Below, piece after piece: positions 45,769 to 57,836 of a stretch of DNA of 64,000 bases (its first letter is position 1; every line of letters starts with the position of its first letter). Location: the sequence record MK817115.1, one strand, 5' to 3'. A program made the position numbers and the translations under genes. The notes below the pieces were generated by a model, which saw only the letters and a list, made by a program, of their open reading frames with translations, did not search any database and was not told the DNA's origin.

Positions 45769-46349
45769 AATGGTAACTCCTGTAGTGGTTTCATAATACC
45801 GAGTACTGGGTGATTTTCAATCATTGGTCGCCCTGGTACACCAGTGAGGATAACTGGGATAGAACTAATATCTTTTACATAGTTGAATCCCTCAAACGTG
45901 AACTCTTGTTTTTTCTCATTATACAATACCCATAGTATTACGTCAGCTTTTTTCTGGATATTTTTTAACTGTCGAGTACTAACACATGGTCCAAAGTCAG
46001 TCCATGATTTATACTTGATACCTTTTACTTCAATACGAAGGTTGTTTACCTTAATATCACATTCACCGTCACGTGCTTCATTTTGGAATGCTGGATCGAT
46101 ATTAAGTTTAATACCAGTATTGTTTTCAATTTCATTAAAAAGTACTAAAGATGCGTGCTCACATACCATACCAACAAAATGACTATGTGCATGATTAAAA
46201 CCATATGGCGATTTACTGGCTGGAGCCAAAAGTTTATATCGTTCTGATTTTTCAATCGCTTTTGCCATAAAAGAATCAGCTTCATCTTTATATAACTTAA
46301 CAGTCATTTTTCCATTTTTCAGTACTAATCTATTATCAATAACATTCAT
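45765..46349 (-). CDS. PD-(D/E)xK nuclease-like protein
   Basis: GMVCEHA...DGECDI...IEVKG; promoter TTGACT-17nt-TATCAT near 46376-46404. Confidence 0.5.
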   Translation of the reverse strand: MNVIDNRLVLKNGKMTVKLYKDEADSFMAKAIEKSERYKLLAPASKSPYGFNHAHSHFVGMVCEHASLVLFNEIENNTGIKLNIDPAFQNEARDGECDIKVNNLRIEVKGIKYKSWTDFGPCVSTRQLKNIQKKADVILWVLYNEKKQEFTFEGFNYVKDISSIPVILTGVPGRPMIENHPVLGIMKPLQELPL

Positions 46350-46465
46350 AAAAACACCTCATTATTCATTCACTACATGATAACACCAAATCATACACCA
46401 GTCAAGCTCATTTTTTGGATATGCATAATAAATACGTTATAATAATTATACCAATGGAGGGATAA

Positions 46466-47620
46466 ATGTCAAGGTCAATTGCTGCGGCTGGACACTATAA
46501 GTTTGGTGAATGTGGTTATGTTGTTGATGGTGCAATCCTCAACGATGGAACTAGACTAAAAAATATTAGAATCTATCGCCAAAGAAGCCATAGATTATAT
46601 GATTTAATTGATCCAAGAACTAATATAATATATCGTAAAGTACAAATAACAACTAAAGATAATAAAGGTTATCTATTAAATTACAATAAAACTAATGACC
46701 AACTATTAAGTGAAATTAATAAAAATTGTTTCTTTGTTCGTGGATATTCTGAAGAGCCACAAGAAACTGATACTGGATTTGTATATAAATTTATGCTACA
46801 TAAAACAATTTTAGGTAGTTCACAAACCTTGTATCATATGTATACACCTGAATGTGGTATTATAGATCGTGATATAGATAATATTCTCATTTCACCAGTA
46901 TTTGTTGGTAATGACTCAATTAGTGGTAAATTATTCAACACTGGTTCAGAAATTGATACTAACGGTATGGTAATAACAATCGTATTACCAGACGGGACAG
47001 AATACTTTACTACCCAATTTGTTAATGATGCATTTACAATTCCAGTTGATGTTATCACACAATCAGGGAAAGGTACTGCTACGCTCACTTCTCCATATTA
47101 TAACACTAAAGTGGTGGAATTTGATGTTCTTGAAAGTGGTGAGGATATTGATTTTGTTACATCAGTTCTTCTATCCCAATTTGAACCTGTTTCGGAAGGT
47201 GTATTTTCTGCGGTTGTTCCATTTGATGTTCATGATCGTGGACAGTACTTAGCACTTCAAGCATACAGTGGTGACTTATATCAAGTTGGTGTAGATCTTT
47301 CTGTAGACGCAGAAGGTAATATTACTGTGTATCAAACTGATAATTTACCTGTTTCTTTGAGTATAATCGGAAAAACACTGCATACTACTCCTTTCCATAA
47401 AGAATATACTTTAAGTGAGTGGGTTCTCGGTGAAGACTCTATGTACTCTATCTCAGTTCCAGTAACTGAACATGGTAAAGCACTACCACAAGTTCAATTA
47501 TATTCTTCAGACAATCATGTAGTTCATAGTGAAATACAAGTGGATGAAGATGATAATGTAATTCTTAAAGTAGTAGAACCGCTTGACTGCTCAGTCGTAA
47601 TAGTTGGTTACAACGCATAA
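46466..47620 (+). CDS. Probable structural protein with an Ig-like segment and two C-terminal repeats
   Basis: Lone + strand gene; GGAGG; ATAAATA upstream; repeats V....H....LQ.YS.....V..D.+GN..V. Confidence 0.55.
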   Translation: MSRSIAAAGHYKFGECGYVVDGAILNDGTRLKNIRIYRQRSHRLYDLIDPRTNIIYRKVQITTKDNKGYLLNYNKTNDQLLSEINKNCFFVRGYSEEPQETDTGFVYKFMLHKTILGSSQTLYHMYTPECGIIDRDIDNILISPVFVGNDSISGKLFNTGSEIDTNGMVITIVLPDGTEYFTTQFVNDAFTIPVDVITQSGKGTATLTSPYYNTKVVEFDVLESGEDIDFVTSVLLSQFEPVSEGVFSAVVPFDVHDRGQYLALQAYSGDLYQVGVDLSVDAEGNITVYQTDNLPVSLSIIGKTLHTTPFHKEYTLSEWVLGEDSMYSISVPVTEHGKALPQVQLYSSDNHVVHSEIQVDEDDNVILKVVEPLDCSVVIVGYNA

Positions 47621-47621
47621 T

Positions 47622-47650
47622 AAAAAAAGCCACTACATTGTAGTGGCTTT
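47622..47650. terminator. Bidirectional terminator between convergent genes
   Basis: A7-GCCACTAC-ATT-GTAGTGGC-TTT. Confidence 0.8.
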
Positions 47651-47662
47651 AATTTTATCTAA

Positions 47663-48451
47663 TTATTTGAAATTGTCACGTAGAACTTCTTCAAGTGTTT
47701 TATCTGGATTGCTAATGGCTACATTATAAATCAATTCTTTAAATGCAGTTAGTGCCTGCTCAGTTGCTTCTGGACCAAAGTTCTCACTAATGCTTTTAAA
47801 CATACTTTGTGCACGTTCTGATTTGATACAACTAGTTACAAACTTGTCAATTTCATTACGAAGCTGCTTAGTTGTCATGTCACCAATGAGCATCTCACTA
47901 ATTTCTTTTGGTTCATCTGCACTTGTTCGGACATTCGTAAAACCAAACACATCATCACCTGAGCCAAAGCTACGTTTTTCTTTTTTAGTTTCTTTTACTG
48001 GTTCTTCTTCAACTTCTTGTTCGTATTCTTTAGTAAAGAGATGAGATAGTACATCATCAAGATTTTTAACCATACCATCAATACGAGATTCAGCATTCTT
48101 GGATACATGTTTGAATGCTTGCTCTAGTGCTTTTTCTTGAATCTGGTCACGAACATTATTAACTACATTACGAAGTTTTTCATTACAGTTGTCTAAAATT
48201 TCTAATACTTCACCAGTTTTGATTTTTTCCAAAAGTACATCTAAATCAGATTTTACATTTTGTTTTTGACTTACTTCACCATTAAGAATTGAATTCAATT
48301 CTTTAGCACCTTCAACTGCTTCTTCATGTGTTTTAAATTCAACTGGTACATCAACACCATCCAGTACAATATTAAGCACTTTACCATCAACGTAGGCGTA
48401 GGAGTAAGATGCTTTTTTGAAAGAAATAGTTTTGAAGAAAATGTTGCTCAT
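47663..48451 (-). CDS. Hypothetical acidic/helical protein
   Basis: Start MSNIFF after AAGGAG. Confidence 0.7.
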   Translation of the reverse strand: MSNIFFKTISFKKASYSYAYVDGKVLNIVLDGVDVPVEFKTHEEAVEGAKELNSILNGEVSQKQNVKSDLDVLLEKIKTGEVLEILDNCNEKLRNVVNNVRDQIQEKALEQAFKHVSKNAESRIDGMVKNLDDVLSHLFTKEYEQEVEEEPVKETKKEKRSFGSGDDVFGFTNVRTSADEPKEISEMLIGDMTTKQLRNEIDKFVTSCIKSERAQSMFKSISENFGPEATEQALTAFKELIYNVAISNPDKTLEEVLRDNFK

Positions 48452-48464
48452 ATTGATATACTCC

Positions 48465-48806
48465 TTAGTGCCCACTAGCTGGGAAGGTTTTAAACATATA
48501 GTGACATTGTACTAAATCATTGAACTTCAATCCGAAATCTTTAGTACCCATCAGTGTGTGATAAAAATAATGCGAAATTGTATTAGTTTCAGCGTCTTTA
48601 ATATAGATACCAAATTCGGTACAGCAAAACTGAACAACTTCATTATAACTTTCTAACTTGGAAATTACAAGTACTTGATCATAAGAATTTTTATCAAATC
48701 CAATGATGTACATTTCCTCTGTTTCTGGGTGTACAATCATCCCACCGCGAGAAATAATTTTCTCGAAGTTACTGCTCAAGTACTGAATTGTTGAACTTAA
48801 GTTCAT
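48465..48806 (-). CDS. Hypothetical protein
   Basis: 113 aa, AGGAG RBS. Confidence 0.7.
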   Translation of the reverse strand: MNLSSTIQYLSSNFEKIISRGGMIVHPETEEMYIIGFDKNSYDQVLVISKLESYNEVVQFCCTEFGIYIKDAETNTISHYFYHTLMGTKDFGLKFNDLVQCHYMFKTFPASGH

Positions 48807-49019
48807 TTACAACTCCTTACGTATTACTCGTCCGGTAAGATGTTCATCTGTACAGAACTTCATTATAAATGCTTTTAGATGGAAGTCTTCTAAAATTCTA
48901 TATGCTTGCGTTTTCATAACGACTTCCTTCTTCTCCACATCAACAATTATATCATGTTTCTCGTGAAGTTCCTGGATCATTTGATATGAATTCAAACTTA
49001 GTACGCTCATAACCACCAA
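48807..49019 (-). CDS. Hypothetical protein
   Basis: About 60-70 aa; start uncertain. Confidence 0.5.
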   Translation of the reverse strand: MVVMSVLSLNSYQMIQELHEKHDIIVDVEKKEVVMKTQAYRILEDFHLKAFIMKFCTDEHLTGRVIRKEL

Positions 49020-49326
49020 TGTCCTCCATCTCCCACAAAATTTGAACTGCCACTTCTAATTCGTGGTGAATTTGAAAATAACCATTACTTGCAGTGTAGA
49101 TGTAGCCATTTTTAGTAATTGCATAACCCCACTTTTTACTTTGAGAATGCATCTCACGTTTCAACCCATAAGGGGAAGGTGGCTTCTTGACTGGTTCTGG
49201 TTCTCGGTTTTCGTTGTAAATCTCTTGTTCGATTCGCAACGCTTTATGATATGAGTATACATGAATCAGGCGACAAAGTACAATAGTAATGCAACAAATA
49301 ATTGTAAATGTGATCAAGCTCATCAA
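48952..49326 (-). CDS. Membrane-anchored hypothetical protein
   Basis: N-terminal TM. Confidence 0.65.
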   Translation of the reverse strand: MMSLITFTIICCITIVLCRLIHVYSYHKALRIEQEIYNENREPEPVKKPPSPYGLKREMHSQSKKWGYAITKNGYIYTASNGYFQIHHELEVAVQILWEMEDIGGYERTKFEFISNDPGTSRET

Positions 49327-49742
49327 TTTGCCCTCTGCCTAGATACATATTCATTAATTGCATCTTCCAAATCATACCCTGACATTTTTACATTATCAAT
49401 AGAAACATGATATTTTTTCAGCACTTTTTGTCCAGCAGTGTTCTCCCATATCGACCCATCAGGTTCAATATGAACTTTATGGTTCAGGATGAAATCAAAC
49501 ATTTCTTCTTTTGATAAGTTTGCTTTACGGGTTTCAATGTGATTAGTATTAAGTAATTCACGAGTATGTTTAATTCCATATTCAGTGTGCTCACCAACAC
49601 TACGATGCAAAACTTTTAACTGCTCGGCAGCAGTTTCTTCATCATAAACATGAATAGTTTCAGTACTATATAAAATATCCTGAATATTACCAGTACTTAC
49701 TTCTGTCCAAGTGTCTTTGAAATGAATTTTGATTGTTTTCAT
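49323..49742 (-). CDS. Hypothetical protein
   Basis: 139 aa. Confidence 0.7.
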   Translation of the reverse strand: MKTIKIHFKDTWTEVSTGNIQDILYSTETIHVYDEETAAEQLKVLHRSVGEHTEYGIKHTRELLNTNHIETRKANLSKEEMFDFILNHKVHIEPDGSIWENTAGQKVLKKYHVSIDNVKMSGYDLEDAINEYVSRQRAN

Positions 49743-49753
49743 AGAAGCTCGTA

Positions 49754-50200
49754 TTAGTTATATGCTGTGAATAGGTCAATGTTTTTATCATCTACACTGA
49801 TTAATTTGCCAGTTGAACTAACAAACACAATATTTCCACCGGGCGTTAGTTGAACACGCTGGTTAACTGAATATTGCCCATTAAGGTTGTAATCAGCCCA
49901 TTCGACTACATAACGTTGAATAACACCGTTAGTATCATAAAGATAAACGTGTGTCACGTCACGCATTTTCAAACGTTCCAACAATGTAGAGTTATCCATG
50001 AAATCAGATGGTGTATTGCTGCGTAAAGCAATACCAAACTCACCGATAACAGTACTAATTGTCAGTCCGTTTGAAAAACGGCTACAAAGAGTCTTCTCAT
50101 CAGCAATATGCATCCATAAAACATTCTTTACATCAATATCAACAAATTCACAGTTTTCAAAAACCAAACCTACTTTGGAAACTTTACCATTAAATTGCAT
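49754..50200 (-). CDS. Hypothetical protein
   Basis: 148 aa, AGGAG RBS. Confidence 0.7.
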   Translation of the reverse strand: MQFNGKVSKVGLVFENCEFVDIDVKNVLWMHIADEKTLCSRFSNGLTISTVIGEFGIALRSNTPSDFMDNSTLLERLKMRDVTHVYLYDTNGVIQRYVVEWADYNLNGQYSVNQRVQLTPGGNIVFVSSTGKLISVDDKNIDLFTAYN

Positions 50201-50600
50201 TAGTAACTCCTATTTTTTTATATTTTAAAATTAAATCACTCACGGCTTTCATTAGATTATATGGAATAGCTAACTCTTTAACAGTACTATCCATAAAATG
50301 TTCTTCTTCGGTATCATAAAATGTTGAACTATAGTGTTCACAATCATTTATACTATCATAAAAAGAAGACGTAAGTTTATCGACAATGACAGTGATTTGT
50401 TTACCAGTTTTGGTATATCCTACCTGAACGGTTAATCCAATATCATCAGCCTCTACACGAATTATAAACGAATTATTAGTATAGTTCAGCCAACAATCTT
50501 CACCAAAGTATACAACACTGTGTTTCTTCTGAAATGAAGTTGCGGTGTTAAGAACGCCAATAGCAACATCAACTGTTTTTTCATTTAAAATATTAGACAT
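50190..50600 (-). CDS. EExxFQxS-motif family protein
   Basis: YDTEEEHFMDSTVKE; start MSNILNE. Confidence 0.7.
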   Translation of the reverse strand: MSNILNEKTVDVAIGVLNTATSFQKKHSVVYFGEDCWLNYTNNSFIIRVEADDIGLTVQVGYTKTGKQITVIVDKLTSSFYDSINDCEHYSSTFYDTEEEHFMDSTVKELAIPYNLMKAVSDLILKYKKIGVTNAI

Positions 50601-51009
50601 TTGTGTTCCTGCTTCGTATGTTTCGTGAAATCTCAAAAATACCATTCAACTGTTCAACAGTTAAACCCTGTAAATCATAAACAGTTGATAGTTGAAAGAA
50701 AAGTTCTGAATCTATACTATCATGTTCAATTGGAAGATTCAAGAGGTCTTTGTTAATAAAATAATCATATGTTCGAATTGTCAAAGAATCACCAAAGATA
50801 TCAATGTAAAATTTCGGAACATTATGTAACGAAACATCTATTAATATGTTTTCAGCATATCTACAAGAAATTTTAGAATTATTTTTATAAGATTGGTATG
50901 AAAAATTATAAGGTTCATCGACCAATGTGTATGATGAGGTATCACCTTCGGAAAATATTACACCACATTCAATAAGATGTGTTAACGACTTAGGTGGAAT
51001 TTTTAACAT
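50593..51009 (-). CDS. EExxFQxS-motif family protein
   Basis: IDSELFFQLSTVYDLQGLT. Confidence 0.72.
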   Translation of the reverse strand: MLKIPPKSLTHLIECGVIFSEGDTSSYTLVDEPYNFSYQSYKNNSKISCRYAENILIDVSLHNVPKFYIDIFGDSLTIRTYDYFINKDLLNLPIEHDSIDSELFFQLSTVYDLQGLTVEQLNGIFEISRNIRSRNTNV

Positions 51010-51010
51010 T

Positions 51011-51439
51011 TCACTTCCTATCCTTACTCATATTACTACGGATCACCCCACTAAGAAAACATATTTTCCTTAATGTATCATAACTGATATTTGTAAGATC
51101 ATGTACAAAATTCAACTGCAAGTACATTTCTTCAGTTAATTGATTAAATGTATCATCAACACAAATGTTAGTATGTTCCGTTATATCTATTTCTATATTA
51201 TTTTCCCAAATATCAATGCTAACAGCATAGTCTGATGTATGTCTGGATTGAACTGAAATAAAAATATTATTACTGTTGTATAATGTCTCGGTGTATCCAT
51301 TCAAAAATGATCCAACGACAACATCAAAAATGCCATCTCTAATTGGATTTTTTGTTTCAAACGTATCACTACAAACTTGACGGTATACAATGTCAACATA
51401 CTTATCAATTAAAGTAAACAAATAACTCATTGCATTCAC
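51011..51439 (-). CDS. EExxFQxS-motif family protein
   Basis: LTEEMYLQLNFVHDLTNIS. Confidence 0.72.
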   Translation of the reverse strand: MNAMSYLFTLIDKYVDIVYRQVCSDTFETKNPIRDGIFDVVVGSFLNGYTETLYNSNNIFISVQSRHTSDYAVSIDIWENNIEIDITEHTNICVDDTFNQLTEEMYLQLNFVHDLTNISYDTLRKICFLSGVIRSNMSKDRK

Positions 51440-51448
51440 CTATATAAG

Positions 51449-51477
51449 AAAAAAGGCCGATTCATCGAATCAGCCTT
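51449..51477 (-). terminator. Intrinsic terminator
   Basis: GGCTGATTC-GAT-GAATCGGCC-T6. Confidence 0.7.
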
Positions 51478-51664
51478 AAGTATAACACAGTAGAAGTTAA
51501 AAAGTCAACTTCTAAATTACAGCATCCAAGAGGAATAAAAAGATACTGTTAGAGGGTAACGAATATAATGAATTTGAGGGTAATATCATTATACGTAAAA
51601 AAGTGATAGCTTCTATACATAAGGAGGAATCAGTACTGACTAGAAGCTATCGGGTTAAACGATT

Positions 51665-51949
51665 TCAGTACTGAGTGTTTAGTTTAGGATGAGTATTTCC
51701 ATCTTCGATTTGTTTTAGAATCGAGTCACGAATTTCTACTGCCCCTTGATAACTATATTTATCTTTTGGGATCACCCATGTATATTCGCCATCAGTGGTT
51801 TTAAAATCAATACATGGATTATCCCTGTATTCAGATGCAATGATTGCAATAACATGTAATGAATTCAATGAATGATTTGTATAAGGATAATTGTTATTAT
51901 CTCTGAACGTGAATGTTTTAAGTTCATCAGGTGCAACAATGAATTCCAT
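51665..51949 (-). CDS. Hypothetical protein
   Basis: 94 aa, GAGG RBS. Confidence 0.7.
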   Translation of the reverse strand: MEFIVAPDELKTFTFRDNNNYPYTNHSLNSLHVIAIIASEYRDNPCIDFKTTDGEYTWVIPKDKYSYQGAVEIRDSILKQIEDGNTHPKLNTQY

Positions 51950-52140
51950 TATTCATCCTCGTACTTCTTGAATGGTGGAACATCTACCTTGAAGTCTTTG
52001 CACATCTTAGTTGTACGAACTTCAGTACCGTTGTGATAATTTTTCTTAAATTCATAAGAAACATAATTACGAATACCAGGTGTATGAATAATAGCAAGAA
52101 CCAATGTACGACCAAACAAGCATAATAAATTCCAGAACAT
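51949..52140 (-). CDS. Hypothetical protein
   Basis: 63 aa, GGAG RBS. Confidence 0.65.
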   Translation of the reverse strand: MFWNLLCLFGRTLVLAIIHTPGIRNYVSYEFKKNYHNGTEVRTTKMCKDFKVDVPPFKKYEDE

Positions 52141-52149
52141 ATGAATCTC

Positions 52150-52515
52150 CTAATTGTGGGTTTTAACCAAACGTGAGACAGCTAGTATAGCATTAACCTC
52201 ATCCAATGTCAACCCACCAATGTCATTAATCATTGAGTACTGAAATAGTGATTCTTCAGTGTAATGGTAATCATGAGAAGCAATAAAGATTGCTGGTTTA
52301 GAGGCATCCAAAATTATCTTTGTCATTGTACTATATATATCAAATTGATATAATAGATTTTCACCTGTATATGCTACGTAGATATTATTTGAATAGGCTG
52401 GATGTACCATTGTAAAACCATCATAACATAATATTTTTATGTTCGGATCGTCAAAATTGCCTGTATAAAGGTTATTACAAACATCTTGCATTATACGTAC
52501 TATTAGACTAGTCAT
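52150..52515 (-). CDS. EExxFQxS-motif family protein
   Basis: YTEESLFQYSMINDIGGLT. Confidence 0.72.
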   Translation of the reverse strand: MTSLIVRIMQDVCNNLYTGNFDDPNIKILCYDGFTMVHPAYSNNIYVAYTGENLLYQFDIYSTMTKIILDASKPAIFIASHDYHYTEESLFQYSMINDIGGLTLDEVNAILAVSRLVKTHN

Positions 52516-52933
52516 TTAATGGATTTAGTACCTCTTCTGGAATCAACTTTTGAACTTTAAGTATAGCTTTAATGTCCTCAAATGTTAATCCTAATATGTC
52601 GTTAAGGAGGCAGTACTGGAAGAATTTTTCTTCAGTATCAATATCGTTAACATTCAATTCAATTGATTCATCATCATAATCATAATCTTCATTATCACAT
52701 TCATAACTTCTGAATATAACTTTTTCAAAATACACATCAAATGAATAAAAATGATTATTGAATTCATAACCAAGAAAAATATTAAAACATTTACTCAAAT
52801 CTGTGGTTTGATTCAAATCTGGATCATAGCAAAATACTCTAACTTCACCAATATCTTCTAATTGTACATCATGCAGTGACCATGCGTTGTTTTTTAATAC
52901 ATAGTTCACCATTTTAACAATGTTGTATGTCAT
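52508..52933 (-). CDS. EExxFQxS-motif family protein
   Basis: IDTEEKFFQYCLLNDILGLT. Confidence 0.72.
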   Translation of the reverse strand: MTYNIVKMVNYVLKNNAWSLHDVQLEDIGEVRVFCYDPDLNQTTDLSKCFNIFLGYEFNNHFYSFDVYFEKVIFRSYECDNEDYDYDDESIELNVNDIDTEEKFFQYCLLNDILGLTFEDIKAILKVQKLIPEEVLNPLND

Positions 52934-52939
52934 AGTGTA

Positions 52940-53029
<90 letters not shown>

Positions 53030-53032
53030 AGA

Positions 53033-53142
<110 letters not shown>

Positions 53143-53194
53143 GCCAAGAGTCGGCATAGGTGCAGCACTACAAAGTTCTTCAAGCTGCTTGGTA

Positions 53195-53226
<32 letters not shown>

Positions 53227-53227
53227 T

Positions 53228-53284
<57 letters not shown>

Positions 53285-53286
53285 TA

Positions 53287-53837
<551 letters not shown>

Positions 53838-53846
53838 TAATACCCG

Positions 53847-54248
53847 CTAGTAGTTTAAGTCTGCGGCGTTGAATACACCAAGTGAAGTCTTACCACGTAG
53901 TTTAGGTGAAAGGACATACTTTGTCAATTTCTTTTTACCGTACCAGCGATTGAATTCGTCTTCAGTGACATATGGGTTCTGGAAATCGTATTCGCGTTTC
54001 TTATGCAGTTCTTTAGCACGTTCTGCAATCTTGGTTCGTTGGTCTTCTGGAATGTCGAATGTATTGTTACGTTCACACCATTCGTGCTCTAATGCACCCT
54101 GAAGAAACTGTTCGGTTTCTTTGACTAGAGTGATTTTAGTCAAGCCTTTTTCGATGTTCATATAATCATCGACGTATCCATTCCAAATAACAATCTCTGG
54201 ATTGCCGTCAATTTCTTGAAGCATTTTGATCAAGTCATTCTTTTTCAT
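53847..54248 (-). CDS. Hypothetical protein
   Basis: MKKNDLIKMLQEIDGNPEI. Confidence 0.72.
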   Translation of the reverse strand: MKKNDLIKMLQEIDGNPEIVIWNGYVDDYMNIEKGLTKITLVKETEQFLQGALEHEWCERNNTFDIPEDQRTKIAERAKELHKKREYDFQNPYVTEDEFNRWYGKKKLTKYVLSPKLRGKTSLGVFNAADLNY

Positions 54249-54256
54249 TTAAATTC

Positions 54257-54514
<258 letters not shown>

Positions 54515-54535
54515 TTATACCTCTCATTGTTTATG

Positions 54536-54607
<72 letters not shown>

Positions 54608-54611
54608 TAAT

Positions 54612-55219
<608 letters not shown>

Positions 55220-55270
55220 ATAAACCTCACTATACGTAACTTACACCATATACGTCTGATTGTGGAATTC

Positions 55271-55295
55271 ATTATATCAGTACTGAACTATTTAG

Positions 55296-55299
<4 letters not shown>
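55271..55299 (-). promoter_or_regulatory. Repeated promoter, copy 2
   Basis: TTGACT-AAATAGTTCAGTACTGA-TATAAT. Confidence 0.85.
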
Positions 55300-55709
<410 letters not shown>

Positions 55710-55718
55710 CTTTTTTTT

Positions 55719-55880
<162 letters not shown>

Positions 55881-55884
<4 letters not shown>

Positions 55885-56045
55885 AATCGTACCAGTAGTT
55901 CAATTAAGTACATTTCATATGCTGGATCGTTGATAAGTTTATCATACAGATGTGGCTCTGAAATGAATTCCCAATGATACTTTAGCCATCTACCGATACC
56001 CGAATATCTAAAATTAATGTCATTCATCCATTCTTCATGTGTCAT
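55881..56045 (-). CDS. MTHEEW microprotein (54 aa, not in ORF track)
   Basis: MTHEEWMNDINFRYSGIGRWLKYHW...ELLVRL*. Confidence 0.7.
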
Positions 56046-56206
56046 AATCGTACCATTATTTCAATAAAGAACCACGGATACACTTCATGATTCATAAGTT
56101 TATCGTATTCTGCTGGGTCTGATATGATTTCCCAATGATACTTTAGCCAACTACCGATACCCGAATATCTAAAATTAATGTCATTCATCCATTCTTCATG
56201 CGTCAT
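56042..56206 (-). CDS. MTHEEW microprotein (54 aa, not in ORF track)
   Basis: MTHEEWMNDINFRYSGIGSWLKYHW...EIMVRL*, AAGG RBS. Confidence 0.7.
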   Translation of the reverse strand: MTHEEWMNDINFRYSGIGSWLKYHWEIISDPAEYDKLMNHEVYPWFFIEIMVRL

Positions 56207-56229
56207 GGTTTTTAACCTTTAATTAAAAT

Positions 56230-56306
56230 TGGCCGAGGTAGAGGGACTTGAACCCCCAACCTAGAGATTAGAATTCTCTTGCACTATCCAATTGTGCTAT
56301 ACCCCG
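56230..56306 (-). tRNA. tRNA-Arg(UCU)
   Basis: CGGGGTA/TACCTCG-GCCA, A20, loop AT-TCT-AA. Confidence 0.9.
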
Positions 56307-56310
56307 TATT

Positions 56311-56426
<116 letters not shown>

Positions 56427-56459
56427 ATGTTATGTCCCATTATATAATGAATTAATGAT

Positions 56460-56678
56460 TTATGCAAGTGCTTTAGATACACCGACACCAATAATTCCAG
56501 TGATATCGATATGGATATTGGCAAGTTGATTACTATCATATGGGTTTGTTTCTGTAATAACCAATGTTGTATCATTGACTAAAACCACAGTACCTTTTAC
56601 ACGATAACCATGTAGTAGTACTTGAACCTCATCTTCAGGTTTTAATGATTGAATAACTTCAAATAAAGTTGTTTCCAT
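56460..56678 (-). CDS. Small beta-rich protein, possibly Sm/SH3-like
   Basis: Start METTLF; EVQVLL..V.GTVV.V.DTTLVI..HIDI..I.GV. Confidence 0.55.
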   Translation of the reverse strand: METTLFEVIQSLKPEDEVQVLLHGYRVKGTVVLVNDTTLVITETNPYDSNQLANIHIDITGIIGVGVSKALA

Positions 56679-56694
56679 TTTTTGTATTCCTTGT

Positions 56695-56877
56695 TTAGTT
56701 TTGATTATTTGACTTTCTAAATGCCAGTTCGCATATAAACCAGGGTTTTCTGGTATCCAAAACATATGACCTGAAAAGATTTTCATCTCTTAATATATCA
56801 TAATGTACCTGACGAATGCCATTCCCAAAGCAGTCATGTTCTTTATGCTGTTTGGACATCCATTCTTCGTGTGTCAT
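56695..56877 (-). CDS. MTHEEW microprotein
   Basis: MTHEEWMSKQHKEHDCFGNG...WFICELAFR. Confidence 0.7.
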   Translation of the reverse strand: MTHEEWMSKQHKEHDCFGNGIRQVHYDILRDENLFRSYVLDTRKPWFICELAFRKSNNQN

Positions 56878-56878
56878 T

Positions 56879-57214
<336 letters not shown>

Positions 57215-57219
57215 TCTTA

Positions 57220-57396
57220 CTATTTTTTATCTCTAATAGCAAGCTCGTAGATGAACCAGTGGTTGGAATCTTCGTCCAAAACCAATGATTCGAACGTTTT
57301 TTTATCGTTCAAAACATCATAATGGCCTTGGCGTATACCAAATCCAAAATGATCATGTTTATATTTTAGTGACTCTATCCATTCTTCATGTGTCAT
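57220..57396 (-). CDS. MTHEEW microprotein
   Basis: MTHEEWIESLKYKHDHFGFG...WFIYELAIRDKK. Confidence 0.7.
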   Translation of the reverse strand: MTHEEWIESLKYKHDHFGFGIRQGHYDVLNDKKTFESLVLDEDSNHWFIYELAIRDKK

Positions 57397-57474
57397 TTTA
57401 TGTATCCAGTTCAATTAAGTGTTTCATTTATTCTTCTGTAAAGAAAGCATTGCAATGGACAATGGAAAAGGTTA

Positions 57475-57654
57475 TTATATTTTTTTGTCTCTAACCGCAA
57501 GCTCATAGATGAACCAACGATTTCCATTCTCATCTAGTACATATGATTCGAACTTATATTTGTCTCGTAAAATATCGAAATGACCATCAATAAATCCATT
57601 TCCAAACTGGTCATAACGTTTTTTCATCATTGCCATCCATTCTTCATGTGTCAT
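57475..57654 (-). CDS. MTHEEW microprotein (59 aa, not in ORF track)
   Basis: MTHEEWMAMMKKRYDQFGNG...WFIYELAVRDKKI*. Confidence 0.7.
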   Translation of the reverse strand: MTHEEWMAMMKKRYDQFGNGFIDGHFDILRDKYKFESYVLDENGNRWFIYELAVRDKKI

Positions 57655-57836
57655 CTCTTAATATCCATAACGGCTATACTAAAATATGTACCAAAATCAT
57701 CACAATTGATAATGTTGTTATAGTACTCAATTGGGTTACGCAATGATATATACAATTCAAGCTTAAAATAGTATATATCTGCTGCATTTATATTATAGTG
57801 TAGATTAAACCACTCATCAAATGTCTTAGGCTGCAT
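57651..57836 (-). CDS. Hypothetical microprotein
   Basis: MQPKTFDEWF, a distant THEEW-like start. Confidence 0.6.
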   Translation of the reverse strand: MQPKTFDEWFNLHYNINAADIYYFKLELYISLRNPIEYYNNIINCDDFGTYFSIAVMDIKR

